Assembly: GCA_947371955.1 (NCBI GenBank)
Contig: CANBRQ010000001.1
Location: 8,313-72,312 of the forward strand
Direction: 5' to 3'
Length of the DNA stretch: 64,000 nucleotides
Origin: Paracoccaceae bacterium
Lineage (GTDB): Bacteria; Pseudomonadota; Alphaproteobacteria; Rhodobacterales; Rhodobacteraceae
Shown: one piece after another, positions 37,769-48,100 of the stretch
How the letters are laid out: each line of letters opens with the position of its first letter
Numbering within the stretch: the stretch's first letter is position 1
Notes under the pieces: generated by a model
Told to the model about the DNA's origin: nothing
The model's database searches: none
What the model saw: only the letters and a program-made list of their open reading frames with translations
Translations under genes and position numbers: made by a program

Positions 37769-39954
37769 AGCCATGGGTCGCCCTTCTGACGGTGCTGCCC
37801 GTCTGCCCGCTCGCGGCCTTCGCGGGGCCTGCGGTCGTGACATCTGGAGAGCATCCGGGTTTCACCCGTCTGGTCGTGCAATTCGACGGTCCGGTGAATT
37901 GGCAGGTCGGCCGCGGCATTGACGGCTACTCATTGCGGGTGCAGGATCAGCGGCCCGACTACGATATGACAAAAGCCTTTGATCTAATTGGAAAAAGCCG
38001 GCTCGCTGCGCTGTGGGCGGACCCGAAGACGGGTGATCTGCATTTCGGCATCGCTTGCGCCTGCTATGGCATGCCGTTCGAGTTCCGTCCCGGCATCGTC
38101 GTCCTTGACCTGCACGATGGCGCTCCGCCGCAAGGCTCTTCGTTTGAGCAACCGCTGGATGCGGCTCTTCAGCCTGTCGCAGTGGCGGCACCACCAAAGC
38201 CGCAGCCCGCTTCTGCTTATGACTGGACCACGGTCAAGGGCAATCTGATCGACCGCTGGCCGAACTTGCTTGGCACTTTCGGGCCCTTGTCCGTCGACCT
38301 TAATCCCTTGGATTCCGGGTTGGAACCGCTGCGCCTTTCTCTGATCGAGGAAATGGGCCGTGGCGCCTCGCAGGGTATCGTCGATATGGCGAAACCGAAG
38401 AAATCGGCCGAGGTTCCACTGAGCGAAGGCGACCCTTCGGTGCGGATCCATATGGGTGAGACGCCGACGATGGTCGTAAGGCAAAAGGGTGAAGGTCGCG
38501 CCCCGCTGACGGCCCAGGGCGAGGAATGCATTACGGACGCGCAACTCGACATTCCCACATGGGGATCAGGTCGTCCGGTCGCGGATCAAATCGGGCCGGA
38601 ACGCGAGGGCCTGACCGGAGAGTTCGACAAACCTGATCCGGATGCCGTTACGAGGGCGGTCCGCTTCATGCTTTTTCTCGGCTTCGGAGCCGAGGCACGA
38701 AGTCTAATCCGCGCCTTTCCGGACGGCCTGCACGACAAGGAAATCTGGGAGAGTTTGGCCCACATCATGGATGATGAACCAAACCTCGCGCCGGTCCTTC
38801 AAGGGATGGAGGAGTGTGACACCGCTGCGGCGCTTTGGGCCACTCTGGCCGATCCGGACGCCCGACCCAATGAAGAACTCGGAAAGGCGGCGGTCCTGCG
38901 CAGCTTTTCTGCGCTGCCTCCGCATTTGCGCCGGCTTTTGGGGTCTAGGCTGGTGGATCGCTTCCTTGCGGCGGAGGATATCTCGACGGCAACCGCGTTG
39001 CGTGATGCGGTTCTGCGCGCGCCGGGCGATGCCGGGCCGGAAGTCATCCTTATGCAGGCCGCGATGGCGCGCGCGGCAGGCGAGCCAGGGCAAGCGGAAT
39101 CACACCTTGAACCCCTCGCCAGTGCACCCGGCCCGGCATCGGCCGATGCTTTGGTTGCCCTTGTTGAGCAGCGGGTTACTCTGGGGCAGTCCGTTGAATT
39201 CGCTCAGGTTCAGACGCTGGAAGAGCTTTTGCGGGAACGCAAGGGCGGCTCCGACGCCCCCAAGTATCAGCATGCGCTGGTTCTGGCGCGCGCCGCCTCA
39301 GGCGATTTTGACCGTGCCTTTGCCGATGTGACGGAAGTGCCAGATGCAGAAGCGGCCCTTTGGCGCCTTTTGGCCGTCGGCGGCCAGGACAGCGCGCTTC
39401 TCGACCATGCGACGCTGGGAGAGGGGCAGGTACCTCCGCTGGTCGCGAAAGGCGTCGCTTCGCTGATTGCAGACCGGTTTCTGGGTCTTGGCCTTGCGGA
39501 TCAGGCCGCGCAATGGCTGGAACAGGATGACCGTGCCCCGGCTTTGCTCCGCGCGCGGGTGGATTTGGCGCGCGGCAATCCCAAGGACGCCCTGGCCCAA
39601 CTGGACGCAGACGATTCGCCCGCTGCACTGGCCGTCAAGGCCAGAGCCTTGCAGGATCTGAACGATGAACAAGCCGCGGCCGAGGTTTTTGCCAAATTGG
39701 GCAAGCCCGAGGATCAATGGGCCGCCCTTAGCCGGTCGCAGGCCTGGGAAGCGTTGGCGCAGGGCGGGCCTGATCCCTGGAAGGCCGTGGCCTCGGTCGT
39801 GACCAACCCGCCGACAGACGCCGCTGCGGCGAACCCGGCGTCTCAGGGTCCGCTTGCCCGCAACAAGACCCTCGTCGCCGACAGCGCCGCCACAAGAGAC
39901 GCCATCACTGCTTTGCTGAATTCGGTGAAAACGCCGGTTCTGCCTTCACAATAG
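37765..39954 (+). CDS. Large periplasmic flagellar-cluster protein (VTSGEHPGFTRLVV N-domain plus helical repeats)
   Basis: Signal peptide; coupled to motA by an ATGA overlap; 729 aa. Confidence 0.7.
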   Translation: MKPWVALLTVLPVCPLAAFAGPAVVTSGEHPGFTRLVVQFDGPVNWQVGRGIDGYSLRVQDQRPDYDMTKAFDLIGKSRLAALWADPKTGDLHFGIACACYGMPFEFRPGIVVLDLHDGAPPQGSSFEQPLDAALQPVAVAAPPKPQPASAYDWTTVKGNLIDRWPNLLGTFGPLSVDLNPLDSGLEPLRLSLIEEMGRGASQGIVDMAKPKKSAEVPLSEGDPSVRIHMGETPTMVVRQKGEGRAPLTAQGEECITDAQLDIPTWGSGRPVADQIGPEREGLTGEFDKPDPDAVTRAVRFMLFLGFGAEARSLIRAFPDGLHDKEIWESLAHIMDDEPNLAPVLQGMEECDTAAALWATLADPDARPNEELGKAAVLRSFSALPPHLRRLLGSRLVDRFLAAEDISTATALRDAVLRAPGDAGPEVILMQAAMARAAGEPGQAESHLEPLASAPGPASADALVALVEQRVTLGQSVEFAQVQTLEELLRERKGGSDAPKYQHALVLARAASGDFDRAFADVTEVPDAEAALWRLLAVGGQDSALLDHATLGEGQVPPLVAKGVASLIADRFLGLGLADQAAQWLEQDDRAPALLRARVDLARGNPKDALAQLDADDSPAALAVKARALQDLNDEQAAAEVFAKLGKPEDQWAALSRSQAWEALAQGGPDPWKAVASVVTNPPTDAAAANPASQGPLARNKTLVADSAATRDAITALLNSVKTPVLPSQ

Positions 39955-40025
39955 TGCCTCGCTTATAGCTTGGTAAGGTTTGCCGATTAGGCTGACCCCG
40001 GGCGGCCAAGAATTGGTCCTAACGG

Positions 40026-40712
40026 GTGATCCCTTTGAGAATATTGATAATCCTCACCATCGCCACCATCGCCACCATCTCCACGGGCGTGGTCACGACC
40101 GTGCAATCTGCCGAGGCGCTGGGCTCGCTTTGCGATAGGGCCGCAGCGAATGCCGCTCAGGCTACCGGAGTGCCGATCGACATCCTTCTGGCGATCTCAC
40201 GGGTGGAAAGCGGGCGCAAGGCCGATGGGGATTTGAAACCCTGGCCCTGGACGATCAATGCCGATGGCAAGGGCACCTTCTATGAAACCGAGACCGAGGC
40301 CGTTGCCGCAGCCAATGCACATCTGACCGATGGAACAGGCACCTTCGACGTCGGCTGCTTTCAGCTGAACATCCATTACCACGGTCAGGCCTTCACCACC
40401 TTTGAAGACATGTTTGATCCCGAAAGGAATGCAGACTATGCCGCCCGTTTCCTGGCATCACTCTATCAGGAAACCGGCACCTGGGCGGATGCGGTGGCCG
40501 CCTATCACTCGCGCACGCCGGACTTGGCACAGGCCTATCTGAACCAGGTCAAGTCCGTGCTGGAAACCCCGGCTGCCACCGATCTGCCGCGACAAGAGCC
40601 CGTAGTGCGAGAGAACAACTTCCCCCTGCTGCAGGCCGGGGCGCAAGGCGGCTTTGGCTCTGTCGTGCCGCTGACCAGTGCGCGCGGTCCGCTGATTGGG
40701 GGCAATTCCTGA
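40026..40712 (+). CDS. Lytic transglycosylase (SLT family), probably flagellar
   Basis: AISRVESGR (catalytic Glu), WPWTIN, DVGCFQLN, AVAAYHS; GTG start. Confidence 0.9.
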   Translation: MIPLRILIILTIATIATISTGVVTTVQSAEALGSLCDRAAANAAQATGVPIDILLAISRVESGRKADGDLKPWPWTINADGKGTFYETETEAVAAANAHLTDGTGTFDVGCFQLNIHYHGQAFTTFEDMFDPERNADYAARFLASLYQETGTWADAVAAYHSRTPDLAQAYLNQVKSVLETPAATDLPRQEPVVRENNFPLLQAGAQGGFGSVVPLTSARGPLIGGNS

Positions 40713-42790
40713 TGCTTGGCCTCAAGATTGATCCGGCGACGCTGTTCCGCCCAACGATTCTTCTGGCACTCGCCCTCATGGGCGTCATCCTGATGATGGT
40801 CCTGCCGGTGCCGTCCTGGGTGCTCGACATCGGCTTAGCGCTGTCTTTCGCGCTGGCCATCCTCATGCTGACCGTAACCCTCTTCATCGAACGCCCGCTG
40901 GAGTTTTCAGCCTTCCCGACCATCCTTCTGGCCTCGCTTATGCTGCGTCTGTCGCTGAACGTGTCGTCGACCAAGCTGATCATCGGGCAAGGGCATACGG
41001 GAACAGCTGCCGCCGGCCACGTGATTCAGGGCTTTGCCGAGTTCATCATGGGTGGCAACCTGTTGCTTGGCATCGTGATTTTCGCCGTCCTCTTGATCGT
41101 GAACTTCGTGGTCATTACCAAGGGTGCGGGCCGGATGGCCGAAGTGGGCGCCCGTTTCGCCCTAGACGGGATGCCTGGCAAACAGCTCGCGATCGACGCC
41201 GACATGTCGGCTGGCGCCATTACCCACACCGAAGCCAAGGCAAGACGTGAGCGGGAACTGGCGGAAACCAACTTTTTCGGCTCGCTCGACGGCGCATCCA
41301 AGTTCGTCAAGGGCGACGCTGTGGCCGGGCTGATGATCACCGCGCTCAACATCGTCATGGGGTTGATCATGGGCGTCTTCGTCCATGGCATGCCCGTGGG
41401 CAAAGCCTTTGAAACCTATGCGATTCTGACGATAGGCGATGGCCTCGTCAGCCAGATCCCCGCCGTGATCATCTCGGTTGGCGCAGCGCTTTTGTTGGCG
41501 CGCGGCGGGGCGGTGGGTGCGGCAGACATCTCGTTCTTCGCGCAATTGGGCCGCTATCCGGGCGCGCTGGGGACGGTTGCCCTGCTGATGGCGCTCATCG
41601 CGCTGGTACCGGGCATGCCGTTCTTTCCTTTCATCGTCGGATCCTTGGCGCTCGTGGCCGCAGCTTGGCGCGCGCACCGCCAGAACACAATGACCCCAAC
41701 TGCGGCGGATACGTCAGCCGCAGAGCCTGTCAAGAAATCCATCGGCGATGTCCTTGATTTCGAAGAGATTCATATTGAGTTCGCGCCCAATCTTGTCGCG
41801 ATGGTTCTCGATCCGGCAACGGGACTTGATGCCAGAATTACCAACATGCGTAACCATATCGCCACGCAATTTGGCCTGATCCTGCCGGAAATCCGTCTGA
41901 CCGACGAGGCGACACTGAACCCCGGCACCTATTCCATCCGCCTGCAGGGCGTTGAAAAGGTGCGCGACAAGCTGGTTCCCGACCGCGCGCTTGTGCTTTT
42001 GGGTGAAGGCGTCTCGGCGCCCGATGGCATCGACGTGAAAGAACCGGTCTATGGTGCGCCCGCCCGCTGGATCCGGCCTGACATGCAAGAGGATGCGGTG
42101 ATGGTCGGGTTGACCGTCGTCTCCGCCCCCGAAGTTCTGGCGACCCATCTGCTGGAGGTCATCAAGGGCAACCTCGCCCGGCTTTTGTCGCTGCGTGGTC
42201 TGCGTCGCCTGCTGGATGAGTTCACCCGCGTCACGGACTCGGCGCGATCTGACCAGAACAAGCGTCTGCTGGATGAACTCGTGCCGGACAAGGTGCCGGT
42301 GGATACCCTGCTGACTGTCCTGCGCCTGCTTCTGGAGGAGAGGGTTTCGATCCGCAACCTGCCCTTGATCCTCGAGGCCATTGCCGAGGCGCGCAGTCTG
42401 GGCACGCCCGAGGCGATTTGTGAACACGTCCGCCAGCGCCTTGGCTTTCAACTGGTGGCGGACCTGCGCCGTGATGACGGGACGATTCCCCTGATCCAGC
42501 TGGCGCCTGAATGGGAAAAGACCTTCGCCGCCCATCAGATCGAAAGTGACCGTGGCCAACGCGATGTTGCCTTGCCGCCGGATCAATTCAGCCGCCTTGC
42601 CAATGGCTTGGCCGACCGCTTGAACCGCGCTGCCGAGAGCGGAACCTTTCCGGCACTTGTCACGTCGACCCTGCGAAGGCGGTTCCTGCGCACCGTCATG
42701 GGCGCCAAGGGGTTGACTGCGCCGGTCCTGTCTTATGAGGAAATCGGGATGGAGGCGCGGCCGGCCTTGGTGGGTGTGGTGCCGGTATGA
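40712..42790 (+). CDS. flhA: Flagellar export protein FlhA
   Basis: RMAEVGARFALDGMPGKQLAID, GSLDGASKFVKGD, IGDGLVSQIP. Confidence 0.97.
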   Translation: MLGLKIDPATLFRPTILLALALMGVILMMVLPVPSWVLDIGLALSFALAILMLTVTLFIERPLEFSAFPTILLASLMLRLSLNVSSTKLIIGQGHTGTAAAGHVIQGFAEFIMGGNLLLGIVIFAVLLIVNFVVITKGAGRMAEVGARFALDGMPGKQLAIDADMSAGAITHTEAKARRERELAETNFFGSLDGASKFVKGDAVAGLMITALNIVMGLIMGVFVHGMPVGKAFETYAILTIGDGLVSQIPAVIISVGAALLLARGGAVGAADISFFAQLGRYPGALGTVALLMALIALVPGMPFFPFIVGSLALVAAAWRAHRQNTMTPTAADTSAAEPVKKSIGDVLDFEEIHIEFAPNLVAMVLDPATGLDARITNMRNHIATQFGLILPEIRLTDEATLNPGTYSIRLQGVEKVRDKLVPDRALVLLGEGVSAPDGIDVKEPVYGAPARWIRPDMQEDAVMVGLTVVSAPEVLATHLLEVIKGNLARLLSLRGLRRLLDEFTRVTDSARSDQNKRLLDELVPDKVPVDTLLTVLRLLLEERVSIRNLPLILEAIAEARSLGTPEAICEHVRQRLGFQLVADLRRDDGTIPLIQLAPEWEKTFAAHQIESDRGQRDVALPPDQFSRLANGLADRLNRAAESGTFPALVTSTLRRRFLRTVMGAKGLTAPVLSYEEIGMEARPALVGVVPV

Positions 42791-43563
42791 GCGATCTGCT
42801 GGCCCAGATGATGGAACTTGCCGGCATCACGGAGGCGTGGATCTGGGTGGCGGCGCTTGTCTTCCTGCGGGTTGGGGCAGCGGCTTTCCTGATGCCCGCC
42901 TTCGCAGATCAGACGGTGCCGCAAAGGGTGCGGTTGGCTCTGGCGCTGGCGCTCACCGCTATCGTGGCCCCTGCCGTGGCCGCGCGCCTGCAGAACCTGC
43001 CCTCGCTGCCCTTCGCAGCGGCGGAGGAGGTTCTGGCAGGCCTTGTCGTGGGAATAGGGATGCGACTGTTCATCCTTGCGCTGCAGATGGCCGGCTCGAT
43101 CGTGGCGCAGTCCACCTCGCTGTCGCAACTGTTCGGCGGCGCCACGCCAGAGCCGCAGCCGGCAATCGGCAACCTGCTGGCGATGGCCAGCGTGGCACTT
43201 GCTTTGCACGCCGGGCTCCACGTCAAGGCCGCCAGCCTGCTGATCATCTCTTATGATTTTCTGCCGGCGGGCCATTTTCCCGCCGCGTCTGATCTGACTG
43301 ATTGGGGACTGGAGCGGGTCGTTCAGGCGACAGTCCTTGCCTTTTCCCTCGCCGCACCCTTCGTCATCGCTTCAGTGATCTACAACCTTGCGCTGGGCGT
43401 CATCAACCGCGCCATGCCGCAGATGCCGGTCTCGCTGGTTGGTGCCCCAGTGCTGACGGCGGGGGCCCTCGTCCTGATGACGCTGGTCGTGCCAACCATG
43501 CTGGCCGTCTGGATGCAGGGGTTTGACGCTTTCATGGCCAACCCCAGCGGGACGGGTCCATGA
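42787..43563 (+). CDS. fliR: Flagellar export protein FliR
   Basis: Highly hydrophobic; FLRVGAA, GVINRAMPQMPV. Confidence 0.92.
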   Translation: MSDLLAQMMELAGITEAWIWVAALVFLRVGAAAFLMPAFADQTVPQRVRLALALALTAIVAPAVAARLQNLPSLPFAAAEEVLAGLVVGIGMRLFILALQMAGSIVAQSTSLSQLFGGATPEPQPAIGNLLAMASVALALHAGLHVKAASLLIISYDFLPAGHFPAASDLTDWGLERVVQATVLAFSLAAPFVIASVIYNLALGVINRAMPQMPVSLVGAPVLTAGALVLMTLVVPTMLAVWMQGFDAFMANPSGTGP

Positions 43564-44645
43564 GCGGTGAAGACAGCGACGCCGAAAAGTCACACGAGCC
43601 GTCCCAGAAACGCCTGGATGAGGCGCGAAAACGCGGAGACGTGCCCCGGTCGCTCGATCTCTCGACCGCAGCCGTCTATGGTGGGGCGGCCTTGGCCGTC
43701 GCGATCTCGGGCCGCTATGCGCTTGATCGCTTTGGGTCCACGGCCATTGGCCTGATCGAACAATCCGATGGCCTCTCACGCAGCATGGTCGCGGCGGCCC
43801 ATGCGCCGGTGATGGGGCTGTTGGCGAGCTTCGCCACACCCCTCTTGCCGCTGTTGCTTTTCCCGATGGGGGCGGCAGTCTTCGCCATTGCCGCCCAGCG
43901 GGGGTTCATTGTCGCACCAGAGCGGATCGTGCCAAAATGGTCCCGTATCTCTCCGCTGACCAGCTTCGGGCAGAAATTCGGGCGGGAGGGATTGTTTTCG
44001 TTCGCCAAAAGCTTCCTCAAGCTGATCGTGGTCTGCCTGCTTGTCCTGGGCATGGTCCCGCAATACGCCGATGCGCTGTTGATGAGCCCGCGCTTCTCCG
44101 CCGGGCAGACCGGGATGCTGATGATGCAGTTCATCGTCCAGTTCCTGTTTCTGGCCTTCCTCGCCAGCCTAGCCTTTGGCGGGCTGGACTATGGCTGGCA
44201 GTGGCTGCAGCACCGCCGACGCAACATGATGACCCGTCAGGAAACGGTGGAGGAGCAGCGCGAAAGCGAGGGCGACCCCCACATGAAGGGTCATCGTCGG
44301 CAAAAGGGCCGAGAGATTGCCATGTCGCAGATGCTGCGGGACGTGGCGCGCGCGGATGTGGTCGTGGTCAACCCGACGCACTATGCTGTGGCGCTGAAAT
44401 GGCGCCGGGGTGACAAGTCGGCGCCGATCTGCCTCGCCAAGGGGGTGGATGAGGTCGCCGCCCGCATCCGCGGAAAGGCCTCGGAGGCCGGAGTTCCCAT
44501 CCACCATGACCCGCCGACCGCCCGGGCGATCTATGCCACGGTGGAAGTCGGTCACCCGATCCGGCGTGAGCATTACAAATCGGTGGCCGCCGCGATCCGC
44601 TTCGCCGAAGCGCTGCGCAAAAGGGCAAAAGGAAAGATCCGATGA
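43560..44645 (+). CDS. flhB: Flagellar export protein FlhB
   Basis: EKSHEPSQKRL, EGDPHMK, VVVNPTHYAVAL autocleavage motif. Confidence 0.96.
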   Translation: MSGEDSDAEKSHEPSQKRLDEARKRGDVPRSLDLSTAAVYGGAALAVAISGRYALDRFGSTAIGLIEQSDGLSRSMVAAAHAPVMGLLASFATPLLPLLLFPMGAAVFAIAAQRGFIVAPERIVPKWSRISPLTSFGQKFGREGLFSFAKSFLKLIVVCLLVLGMVPQYADALLMSPRFSAGQTGMLMMQFIVQFLFLAFLASLAFGGLDYGWQWLQHRRRNMMTRQETVEEQRESEGDPHMKGHRRQKGREIAMSQMLRDVARADVVVVNPTHYAVALKWRRGDKSAPICLAKGVDEVAARIRGKASEAGVPIHHDPPTARAIYATVEVGHPIRREHYKSVAAAIRFAEALRKRAKGKIR

Positions 44646-44968
44646 CCGACAGGGCAAAGCTGGCACGACTGGTCGCGCTTAGTAGTCTTATCCTCGAAAC
44701 CCGGTTGCTGACGCTGGAGGCGGCAGCCCGCGCGCGGCAAAACAGCCTAGACCGTCTGGCAGAGGTCAACAGACCCTCCGCCGCTGCCAACCTGGCTTTG
44801 GTCGCGGCCGCCGAAGTTGCGTTGCGGTATGAGCTTTGGGCCGACCAGAGGCGGTCTGAAATCAACACCGTTCTGGCCCGGCAAACAGCGGAATGGGAAG
44901 AGGCGCGGCAAGAAGCGGCCCGCGCCTTTGGTCGCAATCAAGTGCTTGGCAGGCTGCGTGACCGCTAG
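44642..44968 (+). CDS. Small coiled-coil protein, possible divergent FliJ
   Basis: 108 aa, all helical, coupled to flhB; C-terminal WEEARQEAARAFGRNQVL resembles the FliJ end. Confidence 0.5.
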   Translation: MTDRAKLARLVALSSLILETRLLTLEAAARARQNSLDRLAEVNRPSAAANLALVAAAEVALRYELWADQRRSEINTVLARQTAEWEEARQEAARAFGRNQVLGRLRDR

Positions 44969-44976
44969 CGCCCGGT

Positions 44977-45441
44977 TCAGCTGTCTTGCCGGACGATGTC
45001 GGTGATCAGCACGTCGCTTACCTTTTCCCCAAGCACGCCCTTGGCGGCCTCCAGCAAGGCGCCGCGCAGCAGAACCAGATTGGACCCATCCGTGTAGGAC
45101 CCGCTGAAGCCGCCTGCATTGGCATGATCAAACATCACCTGCAGGAACTTGTCGCGCAGCTTGGGTTCCACGTTGTAGACCTCCGGTGTGCTGCCCGTCG
45201 TCACTTCCAGGCTAAGCGACATGATGACCATAGCTGCCACCTTGCCCCTCTGAACGACAGGCACGATGAACTGATTGGAAAGCTTGGCATATTCCGGAGC
45301 AAGGGCTGGGTCCGGCTCGGCCGGTTTCGCCGCTTCGGTCTGGGTAGCAGGATCGGAGGCAGGACGCAGAAAGTAACCCGCCCATCCACCGATCACAAGG
45401 CCGATGATCCCAAGCAAAACTGGAAGGATTTTGCCTATCAT
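44977..45441 (-). CDS. fliL: Second FliL-family protein
   Basis: N-terminal TM helix; EPKLRDKFLQV, VSDVLITDIVRQD. Confidence 0.8.
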   Translation of the reverse strand: MIGKILPVLLGIIGLVIGGWAGYFLRPASDPATQTEAAKPAEPDPALAPEYAKLSNQFIVPVVQRGKVAAMVIMSLSLEVTTGSTPEVYNVEPKLRDKFLQVMFDHANAGGFSGSYTDGSNLVLLRGALLEAAKGVLGEKVSDVLITDIVRQDS

Positions 45442-45446
45442 GATGA

Positions 45447-46163
45447 TCAGAACGGCAGGATCTGGTCAGCGATCTGCTGACCATAGGCGGGCTGTTGCAC
45501 GTCGGTCAGCAGGCCCTTGCCGCCATAAGAGATCTGGGCATCGGCAATTTTGTCATAGGTGATCTCGTTCTGCCGCGAGATGTCATCCGGACGGACATAG
45601 CCGCTGACCAAGAGATCGCGCAGTTCATTGTTGACCCGCACCTGCTGCTGCCCCTCGATCCGCAGAACGCCATTCGGCAATTCCTCAACCACTGTCGCCG
45701 CCAGACGCAGCGTCACCTTCTCGTTGCGCGCCACATTGCCCGTTCCGGCGAAGGTCGAAGAGGAGTTGGTTGACACCAGACTTGCCGAGGTCGCACCCGC
45801 CGGCAGGACCGTATCCAGCCGCTGCGGAATGCCAAACAGGGACGGCACGCCCATCTTGTCCGTGCCCGTCCGACTGCGGCCTGAGGAATCATTCAGCGTT
45901 GCCTGATCGTTGATCTGCACGGTCACGGTCAAGATATCGCCTCGCTTGCTGGCGCGGTGATCGCCCAGAAGCGAGTTGCGCTGCGATGTCCACAGCGAGG
46001 ATTGCTCAGTGGGGCCACGGTCGTCGACCGTCTGGGGCAAAGAGGAATACATTGCACTGTGTTCGGCGTTGCTCTCCAGCGGAGAAAACTCCGGCGCGCG
46101 GCCGACACGGCTCAGATCTCCGCATCCTGCCAGAAAAACACATATGATCAATCGCCTGCGCAT
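45447..46163 (-). CDS. flgH: Flagellar L-ring protein FlgH
   Basis: Lipobox LAGC, GDILTV, LPNGVLRIEG, VRPDDI, KIADAQISYGG. Confidence 0.95.
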   Translation of the reverse strand: MRRRLIICVFLAGCGDLSRVGRAPEFSPLESNAEHSAMYSSLPQTVDDRGPTEQSSLWTSQRNSLLGDHRASKRGDILTVTVQINDQATLNDSSGRSRTGTDKMGVPSLFGIPQRLDTVLPAGATSASLVSTNSSSTFAGTGNVARNEKVTLRLAATVVEELPNGVLRIEGQQQVRVNNELRDLLVSGYVRPDDISRQNEITYDKIADAQISYGGKGLLTDVQQPAYGQQIADQILPF

Positions 46164-46166
46164 CGT

Positions 46167-46595
46167 TTATCCCTTGATTCTTGGGCCCACGCTGACGCTG
46201 CCATCTGGGGCAACAAGGCCCTGAACGGTCAGGTGCGAGGACAAATTCATGACGTGGATCAAATCACCCGAAGCGCCACGCTCCAAAGCGCGGCCTTCGG
46301 TATGGATGGTCAGACCACTCGTCTGAAAGATCAGCGAGACCATCTGGTTGCGTTTGACCAGCGCCGGGGCGCCGACATCGGCCTCATGCACCGGGCGGCC
46401 GGCGTAAAGCGTCACCCGCGCCTCCATGCCCACCGCCTGTTCGGGTGCTGCAAGGGCGCCAGGAATGTCGGCAGCGACCATCGCGATGTCTTCCTGAGCG
46501 ATGACGGATTGCGCCCGGATCGTGCGCGTGGCCACCATGCTGTCAGCCAAGGCTGGGCTGGCCAGCAGTGCGATCAGGGCCACGGCGCGCATCAT
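46167..46595 (-). CDS. flgA: P-ring formation chaperone FlgA (short form)
   Basis: Signal peptide, SAF domain, GRALERGASGDLIHVMN. Confidence 0.88.
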   Translation of the reverse strand: MMRAVALIALLASPALADSMVATRTIRAQSVIAQEDIAMVAADIPGALAAPEQAVGMEARVTLYAGRPVHEADVGAPALVKRNQMVSLIFQTSGLTIHTEGRALERGASGDLIHVMNLSSHLTVQGLVAPDGSVSVGPRIKG

Positions 46596-47377
46596 TTCAC
46601 CTGCGTGGTGGTGGACATCATCTCATCCACGGCAGTGATGACCTTGGCGTTCAACTCATAGCCGCGTTGCGCCTTGATCAGTTCGGTGATCTCATGCACC
46701 GCGTCGACCGAGCTTTCCTCGAGATATCCCTGCCGCAGCAGGCCCAAGCCGTCGGCGCCAGGAGCGCCCTCGATCGCGGGGCCCGAGGCCGGGCTTTCCA
46801 GGAAGAGGTTGGAGCCGGTCGCCTCCAGACCCTTTTCATTGGTGAAGGTGGCCAATGTGAACTGCCCCAGCAAGGTCGGGTTCAACTTGCCCTCGAAATA
46901 GGCGTAAACCTCGCCATTCGGATTGATCGCCACGCTTTTCGCATCGGACGGGATCGTGATGCCCGGGTTGACCTGATAGCCATCTGCGGTGACGATCAGC
47001 CCATCCGCCGTCCGCTTCAGCGCCCCGTCGCGGGTATAGGCGATGCCGCCCGAGGGCAAAGTCACCTCCAGATAACCCTTCCCCTGCACCGCCACATCCA
47101 GATCGCCCCCGGTCTGACTGAGGGCGCCCTGTTCCAGAATGATTGACACCGAAGAGGGACGTACACCCATGCCCAGCTGCACACCCGTCGGCAGCATAGT
47201 CCCGCTTTCCGAGGAAATCGTGCCGGGCTTTTGCACCTGTTGGTACATGAGATCAGCGAAATCAGCACGGCGGGCGTTGTAGCCGGTCGTCGACATGTTG
47301 GCGAGGTTGTTGGAGACAACATCGACCTTCATCTGTTGCGCGCTCATCCCCGAGGCGGCGATTTGCAGGGCGTTCAT
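46592..47377 (-). CDS. flgG: Distal rod protein FlgG
   Basis: VVSNNLANMSTTGY, GVQLGMGV, LIKAQRGYELNAKVI. Confidence 0.96.
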   Translation of the reverse strand: MNALQIAASGMSAQQMKVDVVSNNLANMSTTGYNARRADFADLMYQQVQKPGTISSESGTMLPTGVQLGMGVRPSSVSIILEQGALSQTGGDLDVAVQGKGYLEVTLPSGGIAYTRDGALKRTADGLIVTADGYQVNPGITIPSDAKSVAINPNGEVYAYFEGKLNPTLLGQFTLATFTNEKGLEATGSNLFLESPASGPAIEGAPGADGLGLLRQGYLEESSVDAVHEITELIKAQRGYELNAKVITAVDEMMSTTTQVK

Positions 47378-47386
47378 TGGATCCTC

Positions 47387-48097
47387 CTATCGGCCAAGGG
47401 TCTGGATGACGGTGCGGGCGCGATCATCCTCGCGGTCAAGAAAGCTTTGCCCCAGTTCATAGGCGCGCTGGACCGAGATCATCTTGGCCACCTCAGACAC
47501 CGGATCGACGTTGCTGTCCTCCAGATGGCCCTGGATGATTTTGCCACCCTCTGCAGGCTGATAACTGGCCGCCGAAAAGAGCGTGCCCTGCTGGTGGGTC
47601 AGCGTCAGCGGATCGCTCGGCCCCCAAAGCCCAAGCTTGGACAGGGGCGTGCCATCGGCCGAAATCGTGCCATCCTCTGCGACGCCGATGGTCTTGGCGT
47701 CCGGCGGAATGAAGATGCTGGTGCCAGAGCCGTCCAGCACGGGAAACCCGTCGGCCGTCTGCAGCGTGCCATCGGCGCCGGGCATGAAACTGCCCGCGCG
47801 GGTCAGCATATTGCCCTGCGGGGTCTGCACCATGAAGAAACCTTCGCCCTCGATCGCAAAATCGAGACTGCCACCGGTGGCACTGATGCCGGCCTGTTGC
47901 AGGTCCACCACCCGCGTGTTGCCAAAGCCGATCGACAGCGAGGGTCCATCGCCGGCGCGGGCGACATATTCCGAAAACAGCGTTCCCTCGCGCTTGAAAC
48001 CCGTCGTCGAGGCATTTGCGATATTGTTGGCAATCGCGTCCATCTGGCTGAGCAAGCCGCTTTGCCGCGACAGGGTGACGTAGCCGGAGGCATCCAT
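47387..48097 (-). CDS. flgF: Proximal rod protein FlgF
   Basis: IANNIANASTTGFK, LTRAGSF, LEDSNVDPV. Confidence 0.92.
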   Translation of the reverse strand: MDASGYVTLSRQSGLLSQMDAIANNIANASTTGFKREGTLFSEYVARAGDGPSLSIGFGNTRVVDLQQAGISATGGSLDFAIEGEGFFMVQTPQGNMLTRAGSFMPGADGTLQTADGFPVLDGSGTSIFIPPDAKTIGVAEDGTISADGTPLSKLGLWGPSDPLTLTHQQGTLFSAASYQPAEGGKIIQGHLEDSNVDPVSEVAKMISVQRAYELGQSFLDREDDRARTVIQTLGR

Positions 48098-48100
48098 GGC

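Noticed and set aside
40056-40079. Tandem 9-mer ACCATCGCC (about 2.7 copies)
   Set aside because: An in-frame Thr-Ile-Ala repeat in a signal peptide; too short for a CRISPR array or a contingency locus.
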